A DNA stretch of 64,000 nt, counting the filler, from Stramenopiles sp. TOSAG23-2 (taxonomy: Eukaryota), in NCBI GenBank assembly GCA_900128395.1. It is 5 parts of 5 records of this genome, joined end to end, with 100 filler letters (N's around TTAATTAATTAA, not from the genome) between each part and the next. Parts side by side here need not be neighbours in the genome. Positions count along the whole stretch, not along the records: positions 1 to 13,231 come from LT649814.1; positions 13,332 to 26,542 come from LT649815.1; 3 more parts are not named here. One strand, 5' to 3'. Positions 10,058 through 21,192 of this stretch are shown one piece after another; position 1 is the first letter of the stretch, and the number at the start of each line of letters is the position of its first letter. The translations under genes and the position numbers were made by a program. The notes under the pieces are model-generated. The model saw nothing but the letters and a program-made list of their open reading frames with translations, was not told the origin of the DNA and made no database searches.

Positions 10058-10982
10058 TATTTTTTGTAGTTTCGGGCATTTACTTGCTATGAAGCAGGTA
10101 TGCCTTGAGACTATCAATATATTGTGCTTATTTTGATGATTTTTCCTATCAAATATTTCGATCGGGTTGAAATGTGGTATATCTCTGTGTGAATTCCAGA
10201 AAACCTTAATTTTCTGAATGTTTTGCAATATTTCTGTGTATGATTTTGTGCAATTCTGCATTTGATTTTGTGCAATATTCTGCATTTGATTTTTGTTTGT
10301 TGATGCAAAAGGGGCATACAAAGATAGCTCGTATCATTTAGCACCAGTAAGTCGAACATATCGTTTAAGGAGTGAAACGATATATTAACATCCATTCGGG
10401 TGAATTCTCCATGTATATGCCTTATGATAGCAATACATCACCTCCATATACTTAAATAATATAGACACAGCATCATAATAATGTTATTTCTATGTTCCTT
10501 AAAACTGCTCTAGGGCAGTTTTGAACATTTCCCACGAGAGGATATGGTTGTATGAGCCTACTAGTAATATAGGTTCAGGAATAGGAATCGAGGAAGCTAG
10601 AAGCTAGAAAAAAAAGAGGGGCGGGCCGAATTGAGAAAAATTGAAAATATAAATTGAAATATTATACCACTGATGTAAAATGTAACCTATTAAATTAAAA
10701 TAAGAAGAAGATATAATAGCTAATAGAGCATAATAGCTACTATTTATATTTTGTATTATAATACCTGGATTACCTGTACTATTATAAAGATACAGAAATA
10801 CACTCATCATACACCATGATATATAGATACTAGATACATAGATCGATCATAGATACACTCTACACTCTATAATAATTATTAATTATTACTTTGAAGATAT
10901 GAAGATACATATAACAAAGTTTTAAAGAATACATTGAATTTTATAATACAAAAACTACTTGTACCTTGTATACAACCAGAAA

Positions 10983-13231
10983 ATGAAATTTTATTTATAT
11001 TTCTTGTTTATTGGATCTATATTGATCTCCTTGTCCATTGCCCAACAAGGTGATGTCGCACAAATATCTTCTAACAATCAAAAATATTCGATTCCATCAA
11101 CCAATGCAAAAGAGATAACATGGTCATCGTCAAACGAAAAATATCCTTTATTGTACAAATGGTCAAATGGAAAAACATACAAATGTGATGGAACTCCTGA
11201 CTATTGCAAAGTAACAAATGTAAATGGTAAAACGGTATTTAAATATAAAGGTAGCTGGGATAAAACTAAAAACGAAGATGATTGTGTATGGGACATATAT
11301 GTTTCTTATGAAGGCAAAACCATATCGTTAAACGATTTTGTGAAACAAAAAGAAACAAAAGAAGTAAAAGCAAAGAAAGAGCAAGAGGGTGCAACGAAAA
11401 ACGCAAAGAATACGGCAGAGACGGATGAGGCAAAAGCTTCTAACAATCAAAAATATTCAATTCCATCAACCAATGCAAAAGAGATAACATGGTCATCGTC
11501 AAACGAAAAATATCCTTTATTGTACAAATGGTCAAATGGAAAAACATACAAATGTGATGGATCTCCTGACTATTGCAAAGTAACAAATGTAAATGGTAAA
11601 ACGGTATTTAAATATAAAGGTAGCTGGGATAAAACTAAAAACGAAGATGATTGTGTATGGGACATATATGTTTCTTATGAAGGCAAAACCATATCGTTAA
11701 ACGATTTTATGACAGCAAAACAAAAAAAACAAGAAGAAAATGCTAAAGAGCTAGAACAGGTGAATGAAGCTGCTAATAAATTGGGCACAAAAAACGTTTT
11801 GACAGAAAAAGGCGACCAATTGGGGAGCGTTTCAAACCCGCAAGGTGTTGCTGGTCTGAAAGGTGAACAAGGTATTCCTGGTCCAAAGGGTGAGCGTGGG
11901 GAAAGAGGTCTACAAGGTAAGTTGAGTTCGTTATCGTTTGTCTATAATTAAAATGCTTTCAATCTTTCTAACACTGTACTACTACTATTCAAGGTCCTAA
12001 AGGTAATGATGGACAAAAAGGTGATCAAGGTATGCGAGGTCTGCAAGGTCCAAAAGGTAATGATGGACAAAAAGGTGATCAAGGTATACAAGGTCCGAAA
12101 GGTATCAATGGACGAAAAGGTGATCAAGGTATACAAGGTCCAAAAGGTAATGATGGACAAAAAGGGGAACATGGTGAAAGAGGGGCTACAGGTATGAAGG
12201 GTGATCAAGGTATGCAAGGTATACAAGGCCCAAAAGGCAATGATGGACAAAAAGGTGATCAAGGTATACAAGGCCCAAAAGGTGACAATGGACAAAAAGG
12301 TGATCAAGGTATACAAGGTCCAAAAGGTAACAATGGACAAAAAGGTGATCAAGGTATACAAGGTCCAAAGGGTAATGATGGACAAAAAGGTGATCAAGGG
12401 ATACAAGGTCCTAAAGGTGATCATGGTTTGAAAGGGTGATCAAGGTATACAAGGTCCAAAGGGTAATGATGGACAAAAAGGTGATCAAGGGATACAAGGT
12501 CCTAAAGGTGATCATGGTTTGAAAGGTGAACCTGGTAACGATGGTACGGGTTTGAAATTGAAATCGTTTGCAATTGGTCAAACATATGATCATGGTGATT
12601 ACGTATTTTCAAAATCCAGTAAAGACAACCATGATTCAATGTACATCGCTGAAAAAACATTTGTCGCAACTAAAACACCGCATCTGGATTTAGATTCTGG
12701 TAATTGGGTTGAATTTCATGCACCGCGCGGTGTTAACGGAGAAAAAGGTGATCGTGGCTTACCTGGTATTGTTGGTGTACAAGGTGTGAAAGGTGATCAA
12801 GGTATAAAAGGTAACGATGGCCAAAAAGGCGAACGTGGTGAAAGAGGAGCTACAGGTAATCAAGGTATGAAAGGTAACGATGGACAAAAAGGTGATCAAG
12901 GTACGGCAACTTGGTGAAAGAGGAGCAACAGGCACACCAGGTAATCAAGGTATTCAAGGTGAACGCGGTATGAAAGGAGATCAAGGTGATCAAGGTATAA
13001 AAGGTAACGATGGCCAAAAAGGCGAACGTGGTGAAAGAGGAGCTACAGGTAATCAAGGTATGAAAGGTAACGATGGACAAAAAGGTGATCAAGGTACAGC
13101 GGGCATAATGGGACGACAAGGTGAACGCGGTATGAAAGGAGATCAAGGTGATCAAGGTATAAAAGGTAATGATGGACAAAAAGGTGAACGTGGTGAAAGA
13201 GGAGCAACAGGCACACCAGGTAATCAAGGTA
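10983..13231 (+). CDS. Secreted collagen-like protein: signal peptide, two near-identical ~90-aa globular domains, long Gly-X-Y repeats with an inserted small aromatic domain; 3'-truncated, apparent frameshifts
   Basis: Signal peptide MKFYLYFLFIGSILISLSIA. Duplicated SNNQKYSIPSTNAKEITWSSS...ISLNDF (~11069 and ~11438). A GT-AG intron at 11917-11993 with a ttctaac branch site restores the frame (LQG|PKG). 45-nt QGIQGPKGNDGQKGD repeats. Frame breaks near 12435 and 12907 fall inside duplicated repeat blocks. Confidence 0.85.
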
Positions 13232-13331
13232 NNNNNNNNNNNNNNNNNNNNNNNNNNNNNNNNNNNNNNNNNNNNTTAATTAATTAANNNNNNNNNNNNN
13301 NNNNNNNNNNNNNNNNNNNNNNNNNNNNNNN
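13232..13331. other. Artificial contig linker (N44-TTAATTAATTAA-N44)
   Basis: Exactly 100 nt, with stop codons in all six frames in the core; identical to the other three linkers. Confidence 0.97.
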
Positions 13332-13910
13332 TTTTCCACGTCACCTAGTTGTTCTAATATCACAACACGTGGTGATGGTGGTGGGGATACAATTTAAATT
13401 ATATCTAACGATTTTCTATATTATTTTTGTTGTTTTTTTTTTGGTGTACAAAAAAAATATCAACAATATGTTTGGTATTCTAATTTCACTTTTAAGTATA
13501 ACTATTAATTAATAAGGTATATTGCTCATGGCTTTAGCTTGCCAGAGTATTTTTCATATAGGATCTTCTCTAATTTTTCAGCCTTTTTTTTCGTTCAAGC
13601 AGCAAAAGTTGCAAAAGTGCATCAATAAATAATATAAATACATACGTTATATAGTATGACGTGTTACTTCAGTATGTATTAGTAATGCTTTATCTTCCAT
13701 TTGAAGCAATAGATTATATAATATTTAAATGCATTCTTGCTATAATAAGAACGTTTGTACGATACGCTAAAATTTCTGCAAAAATTTTCTTTAACGTACC
13801 AATATCTTGCATCTATTATATACCTATAAACGTATAATAGATATATTAAATCAAAAAGTCTAGATTATAATATACCACCTTTTCTGTATTATACTGTTGA
13901 AAATATAACA

Positions 13911-15329
13911 ATGAGCCGACGAAATAAAAAAAAAGGTGGTAAGGGAAGTGCAATATCTGCTAAATTAGATGCTGTGCGAAAAAATAGAAAGCCACCACCA
14001 TTTTTGTCTCAGTTTGATCGTGGTGTGACAAAGAAAATGTTAAGAGAAATGTGGGAAGATGAAATTATAGGAGACTTTGACTACGAAACCAACTTAAAAA
14101 TGTTAGCTGAATCTAAGAAAACACCTGCAGATATGTCTGATGCAGAACTAAAAAAAAGATTAAACAAATTTAATGCATGGTATCCTGGGCAAGCCCGCGA
14201 AGAAATGGTGTATATGTTAACGTATTGGCAAAAACGAGATACGCAAATGGCACGTTTAAAGGAAGCATGTCAAATGGGATCATTTGGTGCGCCAGAGGAA
14301 AATATACATAAAGTGAGGGATGAACAATTTGAAAAAGTAAATCAATTTATAAGACCAAAATATGAAAATGCTAGAGCATGTTTTATCAATCTAGTTGGTT
14401 TTGAGAAAACTTGGAAAGAAGTACCAAAAGTAGTATTGGATAATTGTATAATAGTTGTAAATGCAAAAAGGGAATGGGTATTTTTTAAAAAGGAAACAAC
14501 AAATAAAGAATATAGAAAACAAAAAAGGTATGATGGATTTGATGATCAATTTAGAGAATGTCTACGGACGAAAGAGGAACAACGACGACTTTATTGGTTT
14601 AAAGATAAACCAAAATTTACGGCTTTATCCAATTTTTTATCACGTCAAACCGACACACAAACTGGGGAAAAGTACAAAGCATTGCATTTGAAAGAATTTT
14701 GGTGGGCGCAAAGCTGGGGAGGTGTAAGTCGCCCAGCACGTTTTACAAAAAGTAAAGACAAAGTAGTATCAAATTATAAAAGTGGTTCATTTGATGAAAA
14801 TTCAGTAGCAGAATTGATACATCAAAGTAATCCAAATTTAGAACCTATAATAGAATATAATGATGAACATCGACAATTGTTTGAATTTGAAAAAGAAACA
14901 AATCGTACACGCCGTGATTTAAAATTAACATATAAATCCAAAACGGATAAAGCAATTGAAAAGTTATTAGCAAAACGTGTACAGATGAAACATTTTAACA
15001 GTGATAATTATGGCCAATGGAGAGGCAAACCAACGGCATCTCCAATACAACGCACAAAAGCGAAAAATCTAGATGAGGAAGATGATGCATTATTAGAAGC
15101 AGCTGAAAAAGAATTTCAAGAAGCAGCTAAAAAGAAAAAAGAAGAAGAACTTGCAGCAAAAAAGAAAAAGCTGGAAGATGAACGAAAATTGAAAGAAGAA
15201 AAAGAGAAAGCAGAAGCAGGGGAAGGTAATGATTCGTCTAAAATGGAGGAGGAGGAGGAGGAGGAAAAGAATGGAGAAAAAAAAGCTTCTACTAAAGCTA
15301 AAGCTTCCAGAAAGAAGAAGAAAAAATAA
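13911..15329 (+). CDS. Hypothetical protein (472 aa), Lys/Glu-rich C-terminus, basic NLS-like ends
   Basis: Long ATG-initiated ORF; no family recognised. DMSDAELKKRL is faintly SAP/LEM-like. Confidence 0.75.
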   Translation: MSRRNKKKGGKGSAISAKLDAVRKNRKPPPFLSQFDRGVTKKMLREMWEDEIIGDFDYETNLKMLAESKKTPADMSDAELKKRLNKFNAWYPGQAREEMVYMLTYWQKRDTQMARLKEACQMGSFGAPEENIHKVRDEQFEKVNQFIRPKYENARACFINLVGFEKTWKEVPKVVLDNCIIVVNAKREWVFFKKETTNKEYRKQKRYDGFDDQFRECLRTKEEQRRLYWFKDKPKFTALSNFLSRQTDTQTGEKYKALHLKEFWWAQSWGGVSRPARFTKSKDKVVSNYKSGSFDENSVAELIHQSNPNLEPIIEYNDEHRQLFEFEKETNRTRRDLKLTYKSKTDKAIEKLLAKRVQMKHFNSDNYGQWRGKPTASPIQRTKAKNLDEEDDALLEAAEKEFQEAAKKKKEEELAAKKKKLEDERKLKEEKEKAEAGEGNDSSKMEEEEEEEKNGEKKASTKAKASRKKKKK

Positions 15330-15626
15330 GATATTAAGTTTAAAATATCAGGGAGGACAAATGAATGCAAGCATGGCAAGCTGCATGCATCAAAATAAAA
15401 AAATATATAAAAAATTTAAAATTTATTACTCTTACCTTCGTACTCCGTAAATGATTCGTAAAAAATATGTGTATAATGTACGTACAAATAATTTGCTTTT
15501 TTTAAAAAAGAGAGATGGTACTTTTTTAATTTCCTTATTGGTTGTATTACGGAATCTGTATTTATATAAAAAATATAATAATATTATTATTAAAAATAAT
15601 ATACACACACACTTTAACATTTGAAT

Positions 15627-16352
15627 TTAAACCTTCATCGCTGAAGCAAATTCATTTGCCATTAAATATGCACTAGTTCCTAAACAATAATGAAACCAAT
15701 TTTCACAACGCATTCCAAGTACACATTTATGACGATTGTTCCCGATTATTACCGTACCAATAATAAACAAAGTAATTGCAAATATTTCCATATTACTGCC
15801 ACGGTAATAACCTTCGTAATATACTGGTGCTACAAATAATACAACATTTACTAAAAGTATCAATACTTCTTTAATGCTGTCTGATACAATAGATGTAGCA
15901 AATATATATAGAAACAGCAATAATATAATTGTTGTTGAACTTTGATAACTAGTATTATCAATATCACTATTTATTCGTTCAATATTTGCTATGCCAATCA
16001 GAGGCAATCCTATAAATGCAGCAATAGTAGCTAGTTCACTATTTGCTTTTGCAAATGCTTTCTCAGAAAATCCAAATCTCAACGTACCAATAAATGATGC
16101 AGCAGCAACTAGAAAAAATCCAAGTCCTATAAATTCATTTAAATGATATGTTGCTATGCCGGCAAGGACATGTGTTATTGTATTGTATGCATCTGATAAT
16201 GCTATTGTTGGATATAAGGGGCTGCCATCACTACTATAAAAATGATTATTGGATCCATTTTTCTTTTTTGTTATTGCCGGATGATTTTTTTTCTTCGCAT
16301 TTACATTGGATGATTTTCTATTTGATTTCGCACGTGGTGTAGATCTAGCCAT
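15627..16352 (-). CDS. Multi-pass membrane protein of unknown function (241 aa)
   Basis: About 6-7 hydrophobic segments after a basic N-terminus; C-terminal NWFHYCL motif. Confidence 0.75.
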   Translation of the reverse strand: MARSTPRAKSNRKSSNVNAKKKNHPAITKKKNGSNNHFYSSDGSPLYPTIALSDAYNTITHVLAGIATYHLNEFIGLGFFLVAAASFIGTLRFGFSEKAFAKANSELATIAAFIGLPLIGIANIERINSDIDNTSYQSSTTIILLLFLYIFATSIVSDSIKEVLILLVNVVLFVAPVYYEGYYRGSNMEIFAITLFIIGTVIIGNNRHKCVLGMRCENWFHYCLGTSAYLMANEFASAMKV

Positions 16353-16474
16353 CTTGTCTCTTCTCTTTTAGCAATATGTTTTTGACGACTATAATACAGA
16401 TCCTCCTTCTTCCCAAATATATATTGTGTGGAATCTAAAAATCCTTACCAAAATTCTCTGGAATTATTAGTCCA

Positions 16475-16635
16475 GATGATAGATAGTTGTGTGTTGTTGT
16501 TGTTGTGAAGAAGAAGAATATCTTTTGATGATAGATAGTTGTGTTGTTGTGTTGAAGAAGAAGAATATCTTTTGATGATAGATAGATGTGTTGTTGTTGT
16601 TGTGCTGGTTGTGAGTGAAAAGAAGGAATATCTTT
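16475..16635. repeat. Three tandem ~47-52 bp imperfect repeats in a divergent intergenic region
   Basis: gatgatagatag..(gtt)n..gaagaagaagaatatctttt units starting at ~16475, 16527 and 16573. Confidence 0.8.
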
Positions 16636-16973
16636 TTTTGGGTGCCGGACCGCTATAAATCTATTAATAAACTAAAAAGTATAAAATGGCTAAAAGTCCC
16701 TATCTAAAGCTTTCATCACAACAACCCAAATCCTAAAATGATAATCATCCTACCTGGTACATACATTACAAAAAAAGAAGGGGCAATCAGGCATTTTATA
16801 TTTATAAAACCGGCTCGGACGGAACACTAGCATACAGAGTGGAGATGGTCGTATATATATATATATATATATCACATGTAGAATAGAAGGAAAATAGTAG
16901 GTTTCATTGATACTATATTATTGTGTAAAATAAAGAAGAAGAAGAAGATATAAAAACTTATAGTAGTGCAAGA

Positions 16974-17933
16974 ATGTATTGGAATAATAATATTCATGGA
17001 ATAATGCAACAACAACCGCTGTTTATTTTGTTTATTGGAATAGTAATATTGTTAATAAATAATAATATAATAACCGTAATAGGGAAAAAAACTAGTTTTA
17101 TTAATCAAGCAAATCCATATTGCCGTATATGTCAAAGTGTTTATAATAATATGGCATCTGATTATAAAGGTAATTTGTGTTACAATTCACCATTAAATAC
17201 AATAGAACATTGTCAAATTGTAGTTAAAAAAATGGAAGATAGTAAAGATGTTAAATTATTATTAAAATCTGGTTGTGTTGATAATACTGGAACAAAAAGC
17301 CAAAGCCGAGTTGCGAGTAAATGTCCACCTGTAGTTGCTTGTAACATTATTGAATCAGCTGATGGCGCTCCAATGTGTGGTGTGAAATTAAGAGGATGGG
17401 GAGATTTTGTAATGGATGCTGATACAAAAAAGCGCCCTATACGCTCTAGTTTAAAAGACACATGGGCAGACGGCCATGTATTAGGACCAAGTAATAGTGT
17501 AGAAGTAAATAATTTTGCTCCACCAGGAGCTGGATCAGCAATAGTTGGGGGTAGGCGTAATTGTGATTTATGTATCGATTTATTCAATACAATGCAACCG
17601 AAACTTGCAGGGAAGAAGCCTGCTTTTAGAAGAAGACGACGATTAATATCAAAAGCATCATCGCCATATTGTGAAAATCAACCTAACTCAATAAAAGAAA
17701 AATGTGAAGATTTTATTTATTTTTTCGAACATAATGTTGATGTAAAGAAATTATTTGCATTTGGATGCGTAGATAAGACAACAACTGATCCAACTGAAAT
17801 GGAAGCAGGTAAATGTTCAGGTGAAGTCGCTTGTAATACTATTCAAGATTCAAATGGTGGACCGATGTGTGGGGATGTATTAGGTCAAATTGGACATATT
17901 GCTGGCCATCCAAAGAATGCAAAATGGGCATAA
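16974..17933 (+). CDS. Secreted Cys-rich protein with two saposin-like repeats
   Basis: Hydrophobic N-terminal segment. Two homologous units (YCRIC..LC..HC..GCVD..KC...VACN......PMCG and NCDLC..YC..KC..GCVD..KC..EVACN......PMCG) with a CxxC start and a terminal Cys pair as in SapB. Confidence 0.65.
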   Translation: MYWNNNIHGIMQQQPLFILFIGIVILLINNNIITVIGKKTSFINQANPYCRICQSVYNNMASDYKGNLCYNSPLNTIEHCQIVVKKMEDSKDVKLLLKSGCVDNTGTKSQSRVASKCPPVVACNIIESADGAPMCGVKLRGWGDFVMDADTKKRPIRSSLKDTWADGHVLGPSNSVEVNNFAPPGAGSAIVGGRRNCDLCIDLFNTMQPKLAGKKPAFRRRRRLISKASSPYCENQPNSIKEKCEDFIYFFEHNVDVKKLFAFGCVDKTTTDPTEMEAGKCSGEVACNTIQDSNGGPMCGDVLGQIGHIAGHPKNAKWA

Positions 17934-18206
17934 CACATTTATTTTCGAGTATCATACCTATACTTTAATTTTACACATATGATATGATATCATACCTTAT
18001 GGATAAATATATACGAACGTATATAATATATGACGGAGTATATACGCGTTACGAACTATATTCGTACGTATACGTCTTTTTCCTGAATATGATATTTAAT
18101 ATGAAATACAAAAACTAATTTTTATTTGCAATTTTACTTTAAATTATATATATATCTATTAAATACATTTTCAAAAAATAATATGAAAAAAAATATAAAT
18201 CCCCCT

Positions 18207-18482
18207 CTATTCTTCCCAGTCATTAAATACTTTATCTAAAAATGCTTTACTTGGTGTGAATTCTATTTGTCCCGTTCTTTTAGATAATGTAAATTTACCT
18301 AAATCTTTATAAAAAAATTTACCTTGCATTTTCAATGAATCAGATGCAAGGTTACTGAATTCTTCTAACGTTTTTTCAACTACAGCTCTAGAGTAAAAAA
18401 CTCGCTTCTTTGCTGTGTAATTATTGGCTACAACTTGCTTATATACGTGTGTTGTAATATCAACAGCTCGTCTTAAACTCAT
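18207..18482 (-). CDS. HU/IHF-like small protein with truncated beta-arm (91 aa)
   Basis: YSRAVVEKTLEEFSNLASDSLKMQGKFFYKDLGKFTLSKR aligns without gaps to the HU helix2-strand core (S..LE..SLK..G.F....R). The C-terminal FTPSKAFLDKV matches the HU FxxxKxLKDxV motif. Confidence 0.7.
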   Translation of the reverse strand: MSLRRAVDITTHVYKQVVANNYTAKKRVFYSRAVVEKTLEEFSNLASDSLKMQGKFFYKDLGKFTLSKRTGQIEFTPSKAFLDKVFNDWEE

Positions 18483-19054
18483 AATTATTCAACACTATCC
18501 TGATAATTATTAATTTAATAACAAAATATGATATTGATATTATTTTAATTTGTATTTTACGTACGTACGCGTATAAAAAAATAAATAAAAATCTATTAGA
18601 CCAGAATAATATCTATATATAACCAATGATTTACAATACTAATATAAATACAAAACCCTTTATCAATTATACAAACATGTTATATACATAGAGAGAGAGA
18701 TTTAGAGAATGTCACTTGTCATTTTTGTTGGCATTGAATTTATTATTGCACTTCTTCTTTTTTATTAATTTTCCATCCATTCGGGGGGGGGTGATTTCGG
18801 GATAAAAATTCTGTATTTTGTACTTGTTAGTATATACATATAATATTATATTTTTTTTAGGAATATTTTTTTTATATTATTTTTTTTTATTATTATTATT
18901 ACTACTACAACATAATTACGAGCATTTTTTTGATGCAGAGGCATGATGATGTGGATATAATTCTCTTCTTAAACAATCACTGAAAGCCTCTACAGCGTGT
19001 GTTGTCCCACATGGTACGTTGATCCTCCCACAATATATATCATATCTGTATTTT

Positions 19055-20626
19055 TCATTTTTTACCTACTTTGCATATGCTTCCATTCCAAACGCAATTA
19101 TGTTTTTGTCCATAATAGCCATCACATCCTTCTTTCGTGTAACTGCAAGTACTAGGATCAGCACAATGAGTTTTACAACATATATTTCCTTCATCGCAAT
19201 CAGGGTTATACTTTGATTCATTTTCATAACAACACGTGCCGCCACTTGGTGACGGTCCTGGAGGAGATGGTCCTGGGGATGGGCCTGGAGTAGGGCCTGG
19301 TGTTGGAGCTGCACCTTTTTTCACCGTGAAACTTCGTAATTTATTGCCAGCACCATCCAAAAACGTTGTTGTTAATTGTTTTAAATCTTCTGAAAAAGTA
19401 TGAGTTGTATAGCCAGCTACTCTTTTATACCATACGCTACTGTATGAATGTTGCACACCTTTATCCTTTGAACTTTTATGACGATGTACTTCTTCGCCAT
19501 CATACATCAAATCAACCAATGTTGTTGGCTCAGTATTATTATTATTATTATTTTGTTGATTTTTAGCTAATAATTTACCTGCATGATCGTATTCTTCTTC
19601 TACATGTTCCATATCATCTACACGAACCATGCATCCAGCACCAGTAGTAAGATAAGCACTGTTTCCATCTACCTCGTATTGTGCCAACTCATGCGTATGG
19701 CCATTTAAATACAAGTCAACTTTTGCTTCTTGTAACAAGGTCGTCATATCTTCAACATTGATCTCATCGGCTGGATGATGGCCTACTGCAATGACCCAAT
19801 CATCATTTGAAATTTTTTGAATAACATCTTTTAACCAATTATATTGGATAGTACAATTTTGTTTGAGAATATTTTGATGAAAAACACAATCGGCTGGACC
19901 TGGATATTCAGTACCACACGGATCCCATTTTGATTGATCTGTACCCCGATAATCTGAAACGCATGGCGATGTATCGATCATAATCAACGTTACATATTGC
20001 CCAGAATTACCCAATTCAATGCGTTTCGTGTAATATAAGGATGGTAAATACCATCGATCCTTATTTGGGCTTTTGTATTGTGTTTGTGCAGTTGGATTGT
20101 AACCATAATCGTGGTTGCCTAACACACCGTACCATGGAACCATTAAACTATCTTGTGTGTAAATTTGCTCAAAAGTATTCTCCCACATTGGATCTGATGT
20201 TGATTTTACGCCATAGTAATAAAAATTATCACCTGTATTTAACACAAATTGTGCTTTTAACGCTTCAGCAGATGCAGCAAAGCTTTTCGCAACTGTAACT
20301 TCATCTGTTTTATGATAATCTTCCAATGCCGCGCCTGTAATAATAGTGCATATATACATATTATATAAAATAGTTGTAAAACGATGTTAGATATGTGGTA
20401 ACAAATAATACGTAATCATAAAATTTGATCTGTATATACATATATATATATATATATATACATATTTATATTTATGTGTAGAAGGAGAAAGAAGGAGAGA
20501 CTATCACGTACCTCCCCAATCGCCAATAGAAACAAATGAAATCTGGGTGCTGCTGACACTAGAAGCAATTAAAACAATTATTACTATTAATAATAAACTA
20601 TTTCCTACCATATTCATCATTGACAT
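19055..20626 (-). CDS. Secreted purple (tartrate-resistant type 5-like) acid phosphatase with Pro-rich linker and Cys-rich tail; 2 exons
   Basis: Exon 1 (20626-20512) encodes a signal peptide and GDWG. GT-AG intron 20335-20511. Motifs GDNFY, GNHD, VGHH and GHTH. Pro/Gly linker followed by a Cys-rich C-terminal module. Confidence 0.9.
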
Positions 20627-21192
20627 ATTTTTTGTTTTGAAATAATACCAGTGTTTATAATTCAATTAATATATATCTATTATTCCATGTATTATGTCAA
20701 TATATATATATATATAATTTGTATCGATGGCCTGTTACATTCAATTTGTATCTACTCTGTATCATCTAATCTATTTTAAAATATAACTGTGTGTATCATC
20801 CTGCCCGCCTGTACAACAGTAGGTATTGAATGATAATATTACTACTCGACTGTAGTATTATTTTTTAAATCGAATAAATAGCATACCTCTCTGCTGGTAT
20901 TATGCTGTTAGGAAGATTTGAAAAAGCGATGATGCCAAGAAGATTCAAAAAAATGTTTTTTTTTTGTGGTGATAGGAATTACAATAAATCAAATAATAAC
21001 ATATATTTTTTATAAAAATTTTTTATATATATATATTCTCCTTGTACACACACATTCCAATATATACTATTATATATATATATATATACACACATACATG
21101 CACATAATTGATAATAAGAACATATACACATATATATATATACGAAATATTTTAAGCAATTTCATTTCAATTGCACACATGTAATTTATTTT

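Noticed and set aside
11994..13231. Regular 45-nt repeats as a CRISPR-like array or programmed frameshift cassette
   Set aside because: The units encode collagen Gly-X-Y with no unique spacers. The frame breaks coincide with duplicated blocks near a contig end and are most simply assembly errors.
13276..13287. TTAATTAATTAA palindrome recurring every ~13.3 kb as a biological periodic element
   Set aside because: Always embedded in exactly 44+44 Ns; it is an artificial stop-codon linker.
13490..13812. Possible short minus-strand coding remnants upstream of 13911
   Set aside because: Multiple stops and no recognisable motif; cannot be supported.
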